Notes under the pieces: model-generated
Told to the model about the DNA's origin: nothing
What the model saw: the letters and a program-made list of their open reading frames with translations, nothing else
Databases searched by the model: none
Shown: piece after piece, positions 38,338 through 45,853 of the stretch
How the letters are laid out: each line of letters begins with the position of its first letter
Numbering within the stretch: the first letter of the stretch is position 1
Program-made: the position numbers and the translations under genes
IMG/VR virus record: IMGVR_UViG_3300046615_000208
Span: 64,001 to 128,000 of that record
Source: a virus
Taxonomy: Duplodnaviria; Caudoviricetes
DNA length: 64,000 nucleotides
Strand: one strand, 5' to 3'

Positions 38338-38351
38338 TACAAAAAGCGCTT

Positions 38352-38382
38352 AGGCTCTCATCCTCCGGGGTGGGAGCCTTTT
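38352..38382 (+). terminator. intrinsic terminator ending the + arm
   Basis: AGGCTCTCATCC-TCCG-GGGTGGGAGCCT-TTT. Confidence 0.7.
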
Positions 38383-38607
38383 GCTTTGCCTGCGGGTGGC
38401 CCTCTGTGACGTTCTGGGAGCCTCTGAGGCTCGGGGTGGCACTCTCACCCACGCGGGCGATTCTAGGGCCTTAGACGGGCACGTAAGGCCTGCGGTAGGT
38501 CTACACGTGCTGTGCGACTCTGGGCGGCTGTTTAAGGGCCTAACTGGGCGCAGACGTACAAAGACCCCCAACCTTTCGGTTGAGGGCCTCTGTGGGGCTG
38601 TGAGGGC

Positions 38608-38871
38608 CTAGAACGGCGGTTCAAACTCTGGGAGGTAAGTCCGGAGTTCCGGAGCGGGAAGTTCGGGGACTACGTGACCGTAAGGGCAAGCGTTGTCGTA
38701 GTCGAGGTAGTCGTGCTCTTCGCAGTAGTAGGCCTGTTCATCCGCGAAGTGATCGACGTTGTCCGCCGCCATTGCTTCGCGCCACGCGGAGTCATCCCGG
38801 TTGTAGTCCTGCTCTTCCTGCCACTGTACCTGAGACATTTTTTCCTCTCGTGGCCGGTGTTTCCGGCTCAT
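38608..38871 (-). CDS. acidic hypothetical protein
   Basis: last gene of the - arm; promoter TTGCGC-17-TAAGCT. Confidence 0.7.
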   Translation of the reverse strand: MSRKHRPREEKMSQVQWQEEQDYNRDDSAWREAMAADNVDHFADEQAYYCEEHDYLDYDNACPYGHVVPELPAPELRTYLPEFEPPF

Positions 38872-38935
38872 GTACTGAGCTTAGCACGGCAAACAGAAAA
38901 CGCGCAACCCCGAAGGGTTACGCGTTTTTTGTAGG

Positions 38936-39169
38936 CTACAGATCGTTCCGGTGTTCGTAATCCGAAACCAGCTTAGCCTCGATAGCTTCGTCAAGCTCTT
39001 CCCGTGTCACGAACGGCTTGTTAGGGTGTTCGTGTGACTCCATGGCCTCGCACTTTTCGCAAGTCTCGTACAGGTCCGGGAGGTAGATTGCGGCAACCCA
39101 AGATTCTTCACCGGTAGCCTTCGTCCACTCGGCAGCGGCTTCGTTGAACGGGATGAGTGATGCGGACAT
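38936..39169 (-). CDS. hypothetical protein
   Basis: AAGGAG RBS. Confidence 0.75.
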   Translation of the reverse strand: MSASLIPFNEAAAEWTKATGEESWVAAIYLPDLYETCEKCEAMESHEHPNKPFVTREELDEAIEAKLVSDYEHRNDL

Positions 39170-39261
39170 TGGTTTCTCCTTGGTTGTTTTTGACCTTGTA
39201 CCTAAAGCATAGCACGGTTTGGTGGAGCGTGTCTAGTCGGGAGGCTGTGCGTTTTTTGTAA

Positions 39262-39312
39262 GTCCCATTTTTATTTTATGGGTCCTCCGGTTTCCCTGCT
39301 GGTGGGCTTCAT
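39262..39312 (-). ncRNA. candidate small RNA, copy 2
   Basis: TTGACA-17-TAGACT then ATGAAGCCCACCAGCAGGGAAACCGGAGGACCCATAAAATAAAAATGGGAC. Confidence 0.5.
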
Positions 39313-39404
39313 GGTTCAAGTCTAAGGCCTGTCGGCCTGAGTGTCAAGCCTACGGCAGACACAAAAGAGGGGAGCCTTTCGGCTCCCCTCTTATGCGTTT
39401 TTTG

Positions 39405-39662
39405 TTACCATGCGAAGTAGCTTGAGGTCCGCCAGCTACGGAGGATGGTGTAATCGGTAAGGCGTTCGGCCTGTTCCCACGTGGTGGGCTGTACAAGGCC
39501 CGTAGCGGGGTTCAGAATGGCTGGCTTGACCGCGTGTACGCCGATGAGGATTGCAGGCTCTCCTTCGAGCGTGAAGCGCTTTGCGGCGATTGCCTCGCGG
39601 CGTTCCATGCTCACGATGGTGAGCGGCTGAGTGGCGAGGATTCGAGCGACTGTGCGGAACAT
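39405..39662 (-). CDS. hypothetical protein
   Basis: AGGGAG RBS. Confidence 0.7.
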   Translation of the reverse strand: MFRTVARILATQPLTIVSMERREAIAAKRFTLEGEPAILIGVHAVKPAILNPATGLVQPTTWEQAERLTDYTILRSWRTSSYFAW

Positions 39663-39752
39663 TTTGACTCCCTGACTGGTGGCTTGCTGTTGGTACAAGC
39701 TTAGCATAGGTCCGGTGCTGTTGCCAACACCGAACCTATGCGTTTTTTGTAG

Positions 39753-39998
39753 CTAGTCGATGTCCACCGCGACACGTGCCAGCGATCCGGTACCGAAGTA
39801 GTCCACATTCAGCAGGTACTCCGCGCCATTCCAGCGAGCGCGTGCGCCGCTCCTGTAGCCGTTGTCGAGCATGTGATCAGCGATGGCCTCGCTGGATGCG
39901 TTCTCGATGGCGTAGGCCTTGCCACGGACGACGTAGCGGCTTCCGGCCACTCCGCGAACTGTGCGCTGGGTCTGGTTCTTCTTGATGGTCTTTCCCAT
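39753..39998 (-). CDS. hypothetical protein
   Basis: AAGGAG RBS. Confidence 0.75.
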   Translation of the reverse strand: MGKTIKKNQTQRTVRGVAGSRYVVRGKAYAIENASSEAIADHMLDNGYRSGARARWNGAEYLLNVDYFGTGSLARVAVDID

Positions 39999-40094
39999 TG
40001 TCTTTGTGCTCCTTGTGAAGTGTGTTGTTGAGTTGCCCTAGTTGGCATTCCCGCTTAGGTGATACTTGAGTGTACCACCTAAGCGAGCAAACCG

Positions 40095-40343
40095 CTAGGG
40101 GAGTTCCAGTAGCCAAGTGTCTGAGTAGACATTCTTTCGGATGATAACGGTATCATCCTTTGCCAGTTCTTCCAGCTTCCGGGAGTAGTTCCGGATGTTT
40201 TCCGGAGTCTCCGCTATGTCGTGGTAGGAGAGGACATTCTCTACCGTCTTCCGGATGAGCGTTGCGCGATCCTGTGAGTGGGAATCGTAGAATCCATCGT
40301 GCCATTCTTCGATGTACTGGAGGATGTTTGCTTCGCGTGACAT
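40095..40343 (-). CDS. hypothetical protein
   Basis: AAGGAG RBS. Confidence 0.75.
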   Translation of the reverse strand: MSREANILQYIEEWHDGFYDSHSQDRATLIRKTVENVLSYHDIAETPENIRNYSRKLEELAKDDTVIIRKNVYSDTWLLELP

Positions 40344-40433
40344 GTCCTGCTCCTTTGTTCTCGGCTTGTTCCGATAACTAGAGTCTACGCTAGTCCGGAG
40401 AGTTATGCAACCCTCCGGACTAAGCGTTTTTTG

Positions 40434-40625
40434 TTAGTCTTCGAGGTCTTCGATCTCTTCCGCCTCTGCGGGCTGGAATCCGTGCTGGTCTTCGAGTTCT
40501 TCGAGGGTGGTGTAGAAGAATCCACCGATCCCATCCGGAGTGATGAAGTACATGTCATCCTTGCGGATGTAGTAGGCCGTGTCCACGGCGAGTTCGGAAC
40601 GCGGGGTGATGGTTGCCTGTGCCAT
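40434..40625 (-). CDS. very acidic small protein
   Basis: AAAGGA RBS; E/D-rich C-terminus. Confidence 0.75.
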   Translation of the reverse strand: MAQATITPRSELAVDTAYYIRKDDMYFITPDGIGGFFYTTLEELEDQHGFQPAEAEEIEDLED

Positions 40626-40713
40626 TGTTTTTTCCTTTGTTTGAGTGGCTATGTATCTAGCTTAGCCTAGGTGAGGGAGTCTTGCAACTCCCCCACCTAA
40701 GCGTTTTTTGTAA

Positions 40714-40968
40714 CTACGCTTTACCGTAGTGGCCACCATCCGGCAGGCCAGCTGTGCAGGGGTAGAAGTGGATCGGCCACGCGGCATCTTCGCCACCCTC
40801 AGCGAGGAAATCCGAGTTGTAGTCGAGCCACAGATCACGCTTGGAGTCGAACTCGTCGTTAAACCAGTCGTGGCCTTTGGTGGCCTTTGCAACGTCTGCA
40901 CAGTCTGCGCGGTGGACGCTGACGTCGTAGTCGTTGTTCCCGTTGCCGTTAATGGTTACCAGCTTCAT
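40714..40968 (-). CDS. hypothetical protein
   Basis: AAGGAG RBS; VHRADCADV. Confidence 0.75.
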   Translation of the reverse strand: MKLVTINGNGNNDYDVSVHRADCADVAKATKGHDWFNDEFDSKRDLWLDYNSDFLAEGGEDAAWPIHFYPCTAGLPDGGHYGKA

Positions 40969-41061
40969 GATGACTCCTTAGGTCTCGGCTTGTTCCGATA
41001 TGACTAGCGTACACGCAAAAGGTCCGAGATACAAATCTCGGACCCTATGCGTTTTTTGTAG

Positions 41062-41493
41062 CTAGCCGATGTAGATGCTCACCTTGTTGGCAACATCCCA
41101 GACGGCGAGTTGTTCGCGTTCCTTGGCAACGAGAATGGCCATCTCGTAGTCTTCGAACCACTCTGAGGCCTCTGCGTAGACGACTCCGGACTCTACCCAT
41201 GTTCCCATGAGTCCGAGGCCGTCAGTGGCTGCGTAAGCCATTCCCAGAGCGAATTGGTAGTCTCGTGTGTCCGAGTCTGCGAGATTGAACATGTGGGGCT
41301 TGTGGAGGCCTGACACGTAGTAGCCGTGCGTGTGCGTGGCGATTGCCATTGTGGGGCTGGAGAGGTCCAGCGTTACGCCACCGTTGGCGTGTGTCTCACG
41401 TGAGAGGGTGACGCCGCGAATCTGACCATAGGTCCGGAGCTTCGGGGTGACGCCGGAGTTTTCGTTACGCATGGTTTCGACGGTGACAGTCAT
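41062..41493 (-). CDS. hypothetical protein (paralog of 29941..30300)
   Basis: AGGAGG RBS; shared motifs. Confidence 0.8.
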   Translation of the reverse strand: MTVTVETMRNENSGVTPKLRTYGQIRGVTLSRETHANGGVTLDLSSPTMAIATHTHGYYVSGLHKPHMFNLADSDTRDYQFALGMAYAATDGLGLMGTWVESGVVYAEASEWFEDYEMAILVAKEREQLAVWDVANKVSIYIG

Positions 41494-41628
41494 TGTTTCC
41501 TCCTGAGTGGATCGGATGGTTTGATATGAAGAGCATACCACTACTTTAGGAGATGATGCAAACTACGCGATTGTTACGTGCGTTTTTTGTAAGTTGCGTG
41601 TGAGCGCGGATGCGTGTATGCTCAGAGT

Positions 41629-41682
41629 ATGAAGCAACCGATTGAAGCTGGGTCACTGGAGGACCCCTAAAATAAGTGGGCC
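41629..41682 (+). ncRNA. candidate small RNA, copy 3
   Basis: TTGCGT-17-TATGCT then ATGAAGCAACCGATTGAAGCTGGGTCACTGGAGGACCCCTAAAATAAGTGGGCC. Confidence 0.5.
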
Positions 41683-41782
41683 GGAAAGTAGGCATCACTC
41701 CATTCTCTCATAGTTTTTGGGTGGTTGTCAAGCTGCCGGAGGGCAAAGAAAAGGGGAGCCTTTCGGCTCCCCTTCCCTCACC

Positions 41783-42094
41783 TTAGAGGGTTTCGTACTT
41801 GCCGTCCGCCTGACGGTACTTGATGTACGTGCAACCCGCGTCATGCGTGGCCCAGTCGAGCGGCTGGAACGCGTCCTCCGAGTCCGCGTCACCATAGAAG
41901 TAGCCGGTGAAGTAGCAGTTGTCGTCGTCGTCGTACAGCTTGAAGTGGGTGCCCTTGCCAGCCTTGCCAGCCTTGATCGCGTCACGCTCTGCGGGGCTGG
42001 TGCCGTACACGCGGGGCTTCTCCAGCTTCTCCAGCTTCTCACCGAAGTTCGGGTTGTTCTCTTCGATTGCCGAGTGAGTGATCGTGAATCCCAT
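41783..42094 (-). CDS. hypothetical protein
   Basis: AGGAG RBS; FKLYDDDDNCYF.G...FQPLDWA..DAGCT.I.Y. Confidence 0.8.
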   Translation of the reverse strand: MGFTITHSAIEENNPNFGEKLEKLEKPRVYGTSPAERDAIKAGKAGKGTHFKLYDDDDNCYFTGYFYGDADSEDAFQPLDWATHDAGCTYIKYRQADGKYETL

Positions 42095-42199
42095 TGTGAC
42101 TCCTAAGTCCGTTTCTCAAGCTCCCTGCTTGATGACTTAAGTCTCTCATACATTCCGGACGGATGCAACTCCATTCTGACAATGCGTTTTTTGTAAGTG

Positions 42200-42258
42200 T
42201 GGTTTGTGGAGGTTGGAGTTTTTGGGGTCCTCTGGTTTCCCTGCCTCCGGAGCTTCAT
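42200..42258 (-). ncRNA. candidate small RNA, copy 4
   Basis: TTGACT-17-TAGACT then ATGAAGCTCCGGAGGCAGGGAAACCAGAGGACCCCAAAAA. Confidence 0.5.
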
Positions 42259-42360
42259 AGTATGAGTCTAAGGCCTATTCGGCGCAGAGTCAAGCGGCGC
42301 TGTGTGGCGTTCTAAGCCACGCAAAAGGACCCTACCGTAGTAGGGTCCTAGTGGCCGGTG

Positions 42361-42633
42361 CTAGTCGCAGCAGTGGCGGCTGGTGCACGTGTGGTTGTGG
42401 ATGTTGCACGCGCTGTCCGTCAGGATTCCCTCGGTGGACTCGGTACGCTCCACTTCCTGCATCTCGGAGGGGTCAGCGTATCCGCCCAGTTCCTGATCGC
42501 ACTCGGTGCACTCGGTGTTGCTGGTGGAGTACTCGCCACAGTTGGAGCAGGCGAACAGGGTGGGGCAGTCGCACTCGGTGTTGGCCGGTTCCATGTTTTC
42601 GTACTGCCGCTGTGCTGAGGCGAATCCGCGCAT
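42361..42633 (-). CDS. Cys-rich zinc-binding protein
   Basis: CDC, CSNC, CTEC, CNIH motifs. Confidence 0.7.
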   Translation of the reverse strand: MRGFASAQRQYENMEPANTECDCPTLFACSNCGEYSTSNTECTECDQELGGYADPSEMQEVERTESTEGILTDSACNIHNHTCTSRHCCD

Positions 42634-42730
42634 CTTGACTCCTAAGTCGTATCGGCTTGTTCCGATGTACTAAGCCTAAGGCATGCGGTGAGGGATTGCA
42701 ACACCATGCGGTGAAGCGTTTCTTGTAACC

Positions 42731-43180
42731 CTATGCGGTGCACTCTGGGTAGCTCCACAGTTCGTCGTATTCGAACTGGTGAGCGTAGGCCTCAGCCTCG
42801 CACTCGTTGGCTCCCATAGTGTGTGCAAGCTCATGGAACAGGATGTGATTCCCCCACGCTGTGTAGGCAAGCTCAGGGGAGATAAGGACAGCGTACTGTC
42901 CATTGTCCATAGGGACAGTGCATCCTCCCTGCCCAACAGTGGAGAGTTCAGCGCCACAGTTGTCTTCATTCTGGAACAGGAACACCACGTTCTCAGGGTA
43001 GTCTACGCCACCATCAGCAAGGGCCTCACGCGCCCAGAGTGAGGGTAGCTTGAATGGTGCGAGGGATAGGGTGGTGGAGTAGTTGGCAGTCTCCCTAACA
43101 GGCGCTGACGTGGGCGCTGGGGCCTGCACTGGTGCAAAGATAGCTGACAGTGTGAGCAGGATGGTGAGCATGATGTTCAC
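42731..43180 (-). CDS. secreted HExxH metallopeptidase-like protein
   Basis: signal peptide; ILFHELAHTMG...ECEAEAYA. Confidence 0.7.
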   Translation of the reverse strand: MNIMLTILLTLSAIFAPVQAPAPTSAPVRETANYSTTLSLAPFKLPSLWAREALADGGVDYPENVVFLFQNEDNCGAELSTVGQGGCTVPMDNGQYAVLISPELAYTAWGNHILFHELAHTMGANECEAEAYAHQFEYDELWSYPECTA

Positions 43181-43214
43181 TGTGACTCCCTTGTGAGTGG
43201 TTGACTAAGTCAAT

Positions 43215-43470
43215 CCTCTCATGAGTTTGTCTCATGTGTCAACTCGAAACACTAAGCGTCTTTTGTAAAGTTTGTGCCTTGTTTCTACACACGCGCACAT
43301 GTGCACGCGATTGTCCTCTATTGTTTGGTGTTTGTCAACATGCTGGCCCTAAGAGTTTTTTGTAACCCTCGTGTGGGAGTGCGTGATTATCCTCTAGTTT
43401 TTTGGGATTGTCAATGGGTTTGGCAAAGAGTTTTTTGTAACCTCGTGCGCGTGAAGCGTTTTTTGTAACG
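43215..43470 (-). promoter_or_regulatory. three tandem leftward promoters, each preceded by the motif
   Basis: TTGACA on the - strand near 43238-43243, 43334-43339 and 43409-43414, each 13-14 bp after a motif copy. Confidence 0.7.
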
Positions 43471-43629
43471 TGTGGGTTGTGTGGGATGGGTTGCGCGATT
43501 TGACACGGTGTGGTAGGCTGGTAACGGATGCGGACCATTCTTCGAAACTTTCCGGGGTACCCCTTCCCTGCATACGGTTACCCCTCTCAAAAAATATAAG
43601 GTTTTTTGGCTAATATACACAGTTAAGTG

Positions 43630-43944
43630 TTAACTAGCGTCAAGTACCGCTCTCACTACATCATTCATGTCCTGCTCCACCCAGTATTCGTGCCCATCTG
43701 TCGTGGTTACCTTTGTCCGGAAGTAGTCCTTGAATTGAGGCTCCCCGTTAGGGAACTGAGTATCCATAGCAGCCTTTAGGCTTTCCATCTGATCAGGCGA
43801 CCCCTTGGCCCTTTCGATATCCCTCTTCGCCTTGAAGTGCGAAAGCGAATCTCGGCGGTACGCTTCGTGATCCATCATGCAGTCCACCGTAACGACATGC
43901 CTCACCACGATCTTCTTCCCATCAGGTGTCGATAGCAGCTTCAT
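43630..43944 (-). CDS. hypothetical protein
   Basis: AAGGAG RBS. Confidence 0.75.
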   Translation of the reverse strand: MKLLSTPDGKKIVVRHVVTVDCMMDHEAYRRDSLSHFKAKRDIERAKGSPDQMESLKAAMDTQFPNGEPQFKDYFRTKVTTTDGHEYWVEQDMNDVVRAVLDAS

Positions 43945-44213
43945 TTGCTCTCCTTCGGTTTCTTGATCGCTACCTTCTTAATCGCACACGGCCCGTAGTG
44001 CCCCTTCCATAATCCACAAGTCCCTTCAGCACACGGACCTTGCCGATCCATCAACTCCTGCTCACGCATAGCCAAGATGCGCTCCAGAACCTGAACACGC
44101 ACCCCCACACTCTCCCGGAGCCTCTTGTCGATCTTCTTCTCCGCAGCATCGAAGCTCGGAATCCCGAACGATTTCCCGTCTGCCAAAACACCCTCCCTTT
44201 TTCCAAATCCCAA
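43941..44213 (-). CDS. hypothetical protein
   Basis: coupled to next gene; start uncertain. Confidence 0.6.
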   Translation of the reverse strand: MGFGKREGVLADGKSFGIPSFDAAEKKIDKRLRESVGVRVQVLERILAMREQELMDRQGPCAEGTCGLWKGHYGPCAIKKVAIKKPKESK

Positions 44214-44257
44214 AAATAAAATAGAAAAAATTCTACATAACCATACACACTTACGTG

Positions 44258-44503
44258 TTAACTTCCATCCGCGAGTCCAGCAGCTAGCTCATCGGCTGAC
44301 AGGATATCCACTGTCACACCGACCTCAGCCAGTATCGCCTTTAGGTCTGCAATGTTCAGGCCGTCACCACTCCGGAGGTTTGCTGGCGCTGTACACGTCT
44401 TGCATTCCTCCACTAGCGGAATCGAATAGCTGTCAGAGTAGTCCACAGTCACTACGTCCTCCCAGCGTCGGAATCTGCCGCAGATATTACACTTGGCTGT
44501 CAT
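44258..44503 (-). CDS. zinc-ribbon protein
   Basis: CNICG...CKTC; ATGA overlap with thg1 stop. Confidence 0.65.
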   Translation of the reverse strand: MTAKCNICGRFRRWEDVVTVDYSDSYSIPLVEECKTCTAPANLRSGDGLNIADLKAILAEVGVTVDILSADELAAGLADGS

Positions 44504-45237
44504 ACGTTCACCACACCCAGAAGATCGGCTTCCATGAACCTCGGAGCAGGCTCCAGAATCCACTTCTTCCGTGTGAACTTCACCGTTTCCGTCACGCCGT
44601 TCTTGCGCGTGAAGGAGGTACTCCCCTGTGTAAGAGCGCGTCGGACCAAGGTTCCTTCCCGCACCCACGGAGCAACATGCTGGTAGTTCACCCCGATCTC
44701 GTCCAGCTTACGGATGCGCCCGTACGTGGACACCCCGTCCAGTTCCTTGTGCGAGAAGTGGTGCGAAGCCAGCATGCTCACGCTGTTCTTGATCGCATCC
44801 CCCTGCCGCCAGTCGAGGTAGGCCCTCACATCCCCAAGAGTATGCAAGTGATGGACTCGGGCGTCAAACAACGCCACATCCCCACTAGGCCGCAGGGAAT
44901 TGAACTTCGCAGTCGCCATGGCCGCAGTGATCGAGACGATCTTCTGGGTCTGACCGCCGAACCACCAGTCCGTGTTCTCACCAGCAAGATCGGAGAACAC
45001 CACGGAGATTTCATCCGACTGGGTGTATGCCAGCACAGCCCCGTCAATATTCTCACACAGGTACCGTGCAGTCTCCTGCATGTCCTGAGTGAATTCCGCG
45101 TCGAACGGTTTCTTCAGCTTCTTCGTGTACTTGGAGAAGCCCTTCCCGTCCACGCGCACCACGGCGTAGCTCTTCTTGGGGAGGTACAGCCTGTACTCCT
45201 TCTCCAAATCCTTCATTACGGTGTTCTCGTTATTCAT
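44500..45237 (-). CDS. thg1: tRNA(His) guanylyltransferase Thg1-like (3'-5' polymerase)
   Basis: VRVDGKGFSKYTK, KPFD, AYTQSDEIS, WFGG..QK, FDAR, WRQ.DA. Confidence 0.92.
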   Translation of the reverse strand: MNNENTVMKDLEKEYRLYLPKKSYAVVRVDGKGFSKYTKKLKKPFDAEFTQDMQETARYLCENIDGAVLAYTQSDEISVVFSDLAGENTDWWFGGQTQKIVSITAAMATAKFNSLRPSGDVALFDARVHHLHTLGDVRAYLDWRQGDAIKNSVSMLASHHFSHKELDGVSTYGRIRKLDEIGVNYQHVAPWVREGTLVRRALTQGSTSFTRKNGVTETVKFTRKKWILEPAPRFMEADLLGVVNV

Positions 45238-45246
45238 GCTTCTACT

Positions 45247-45480
45247 CTACACCTCTTCCCCATTATATGCAAGTCCAGCAGCCACCAATACCGACTTTAG
45301 AAGAAAAATCTCGTCTTCCATCTTCTCAATCTGACGCGCAGCGAACTTCGTCACACGTAGCAAAGCCTCCGGATCACCCTTGTACAACTCAATCGAATCC
45401 TCGATCTCGCTCAGGTAGTACTCGATGGATTCCTTGCGTGCCTCTATCATCTTCCGAACAGCGTCTTCAACGTTACCCAT
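45247..45480 (-). CDS. hypothetical protein
   Basis: coupled ORF. Confidence 0.65.
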   Translation of the reverse strand: MGNVEDAVRKMIEARKESIEYYLSEIEDSIELYKGDPEALLRVTKFAARQIEKMEDEIFLLKSVLVAAGLAYNGEEV

Positions 45481-45853
45481 CCAGTAGTAGTCCCGCCAAA
45501 GAGTCAAGCTCATCCAGTTCGTAGAGGTTCGCCCACACGGCATGGTTCTTGCCCAGCACAGTCTCTACCTGAATCTGCTTGTAGTAGTCGTCGGCCCTCG
45601 TGATGTTTGCCATCACGTCCTTGAACGCAGCATCCTTGTTGTACCCAATTCCAACCGTAGATACATACTCCGGATTCACCCACACATCCCTTGACAGTCT
45701 GAACAGTTCATGTGCAACGGGGTAAACGTCTTCCAATCCCACGGTACTGCCCGACACCAGCCGTGCAATCTGGTAGTCTTCCTTTCGCTCTACCGTCACG
45801 ATGTGGTCGAAGTTGACCGAACACCCGTCATCATCCAGCTTTACGCGCCTCAT
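45473..45853 (-). CDS. hypothetical protein (LytTR/FlbD-like beta repeats)
   Basis: VNFDHIVTVE and WVNPEYVSTV repeats. Confidence 0.65.
   Translation of the reverse strand: MRRVKLDDDGCSVNFDHIVTVERKEDYQIARLVSGSTVGLEDVYPVAHELFRLSRDVWVNPEYVSTVGIGYNKDAAFKDVMANITRADDYYKQIQVETVLGKNHAVWANLYELDELDSLAGLLLDG

Larger units (their letters stand above)
16672..38353 (+). repeat. dispersed 14-bp motif GTTACAAAAAACGC, about 44 copies on + strand
   Basis: copies start near 16672, 17390, 18276, 20135, 20918, 23269, 24222, 24391, 24636, 25056, 25255, 25493, 25976, 26598, 27004, 27520, 27969, 28200, 28584, 28878, 29112, 29845, 30300, 30677, 30921, 31221, 31381, 31854, 32408, 33531, 34096, 34710, 35181, 35442, 35726, 36091, 36474, 36826, 37203, 37603, 37919, 38336, plus weaker copies near 30391 and 31972. 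Confidence 0.95.
38919..43469 (-). repeat. same 14-bp motif, 14 copies on - strand
   Basis: GCGTTTTTTGTA(A/G)C-type copies near 38921, 39249, 39395, 39740, 40424, 40701, 41049, 41580, 42184, 42716, 43256, 43353, 43428, 43456. Confidence 0.95.

Noticed and set aside
23267-43469. CRISPR array interpretation of the repeats
   Set aside because: The repeat is only about 14-20 bp, intervals are 150-700 bp and contain promoters and genes, and no cas genes are present
23267-43469. Classical integron attC array
   Set aside because: No RYYYAAC...GTTRRRY paired ends, no tyrosine integrase in the window, and cassettes carry their own promoters; only the general logic is similar
16672-43469. Motif as a host GlnR/MtrA box
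   Set aside because: GTTAC resembles a half-site, but the second half-site at the 11-bp repeat spacing is not present in most copies
44125-45300. 391-aa + strand ORF
   Set aside because: Antisense shadow of thg1 and its neighbours; no RBS or recognisable motifs
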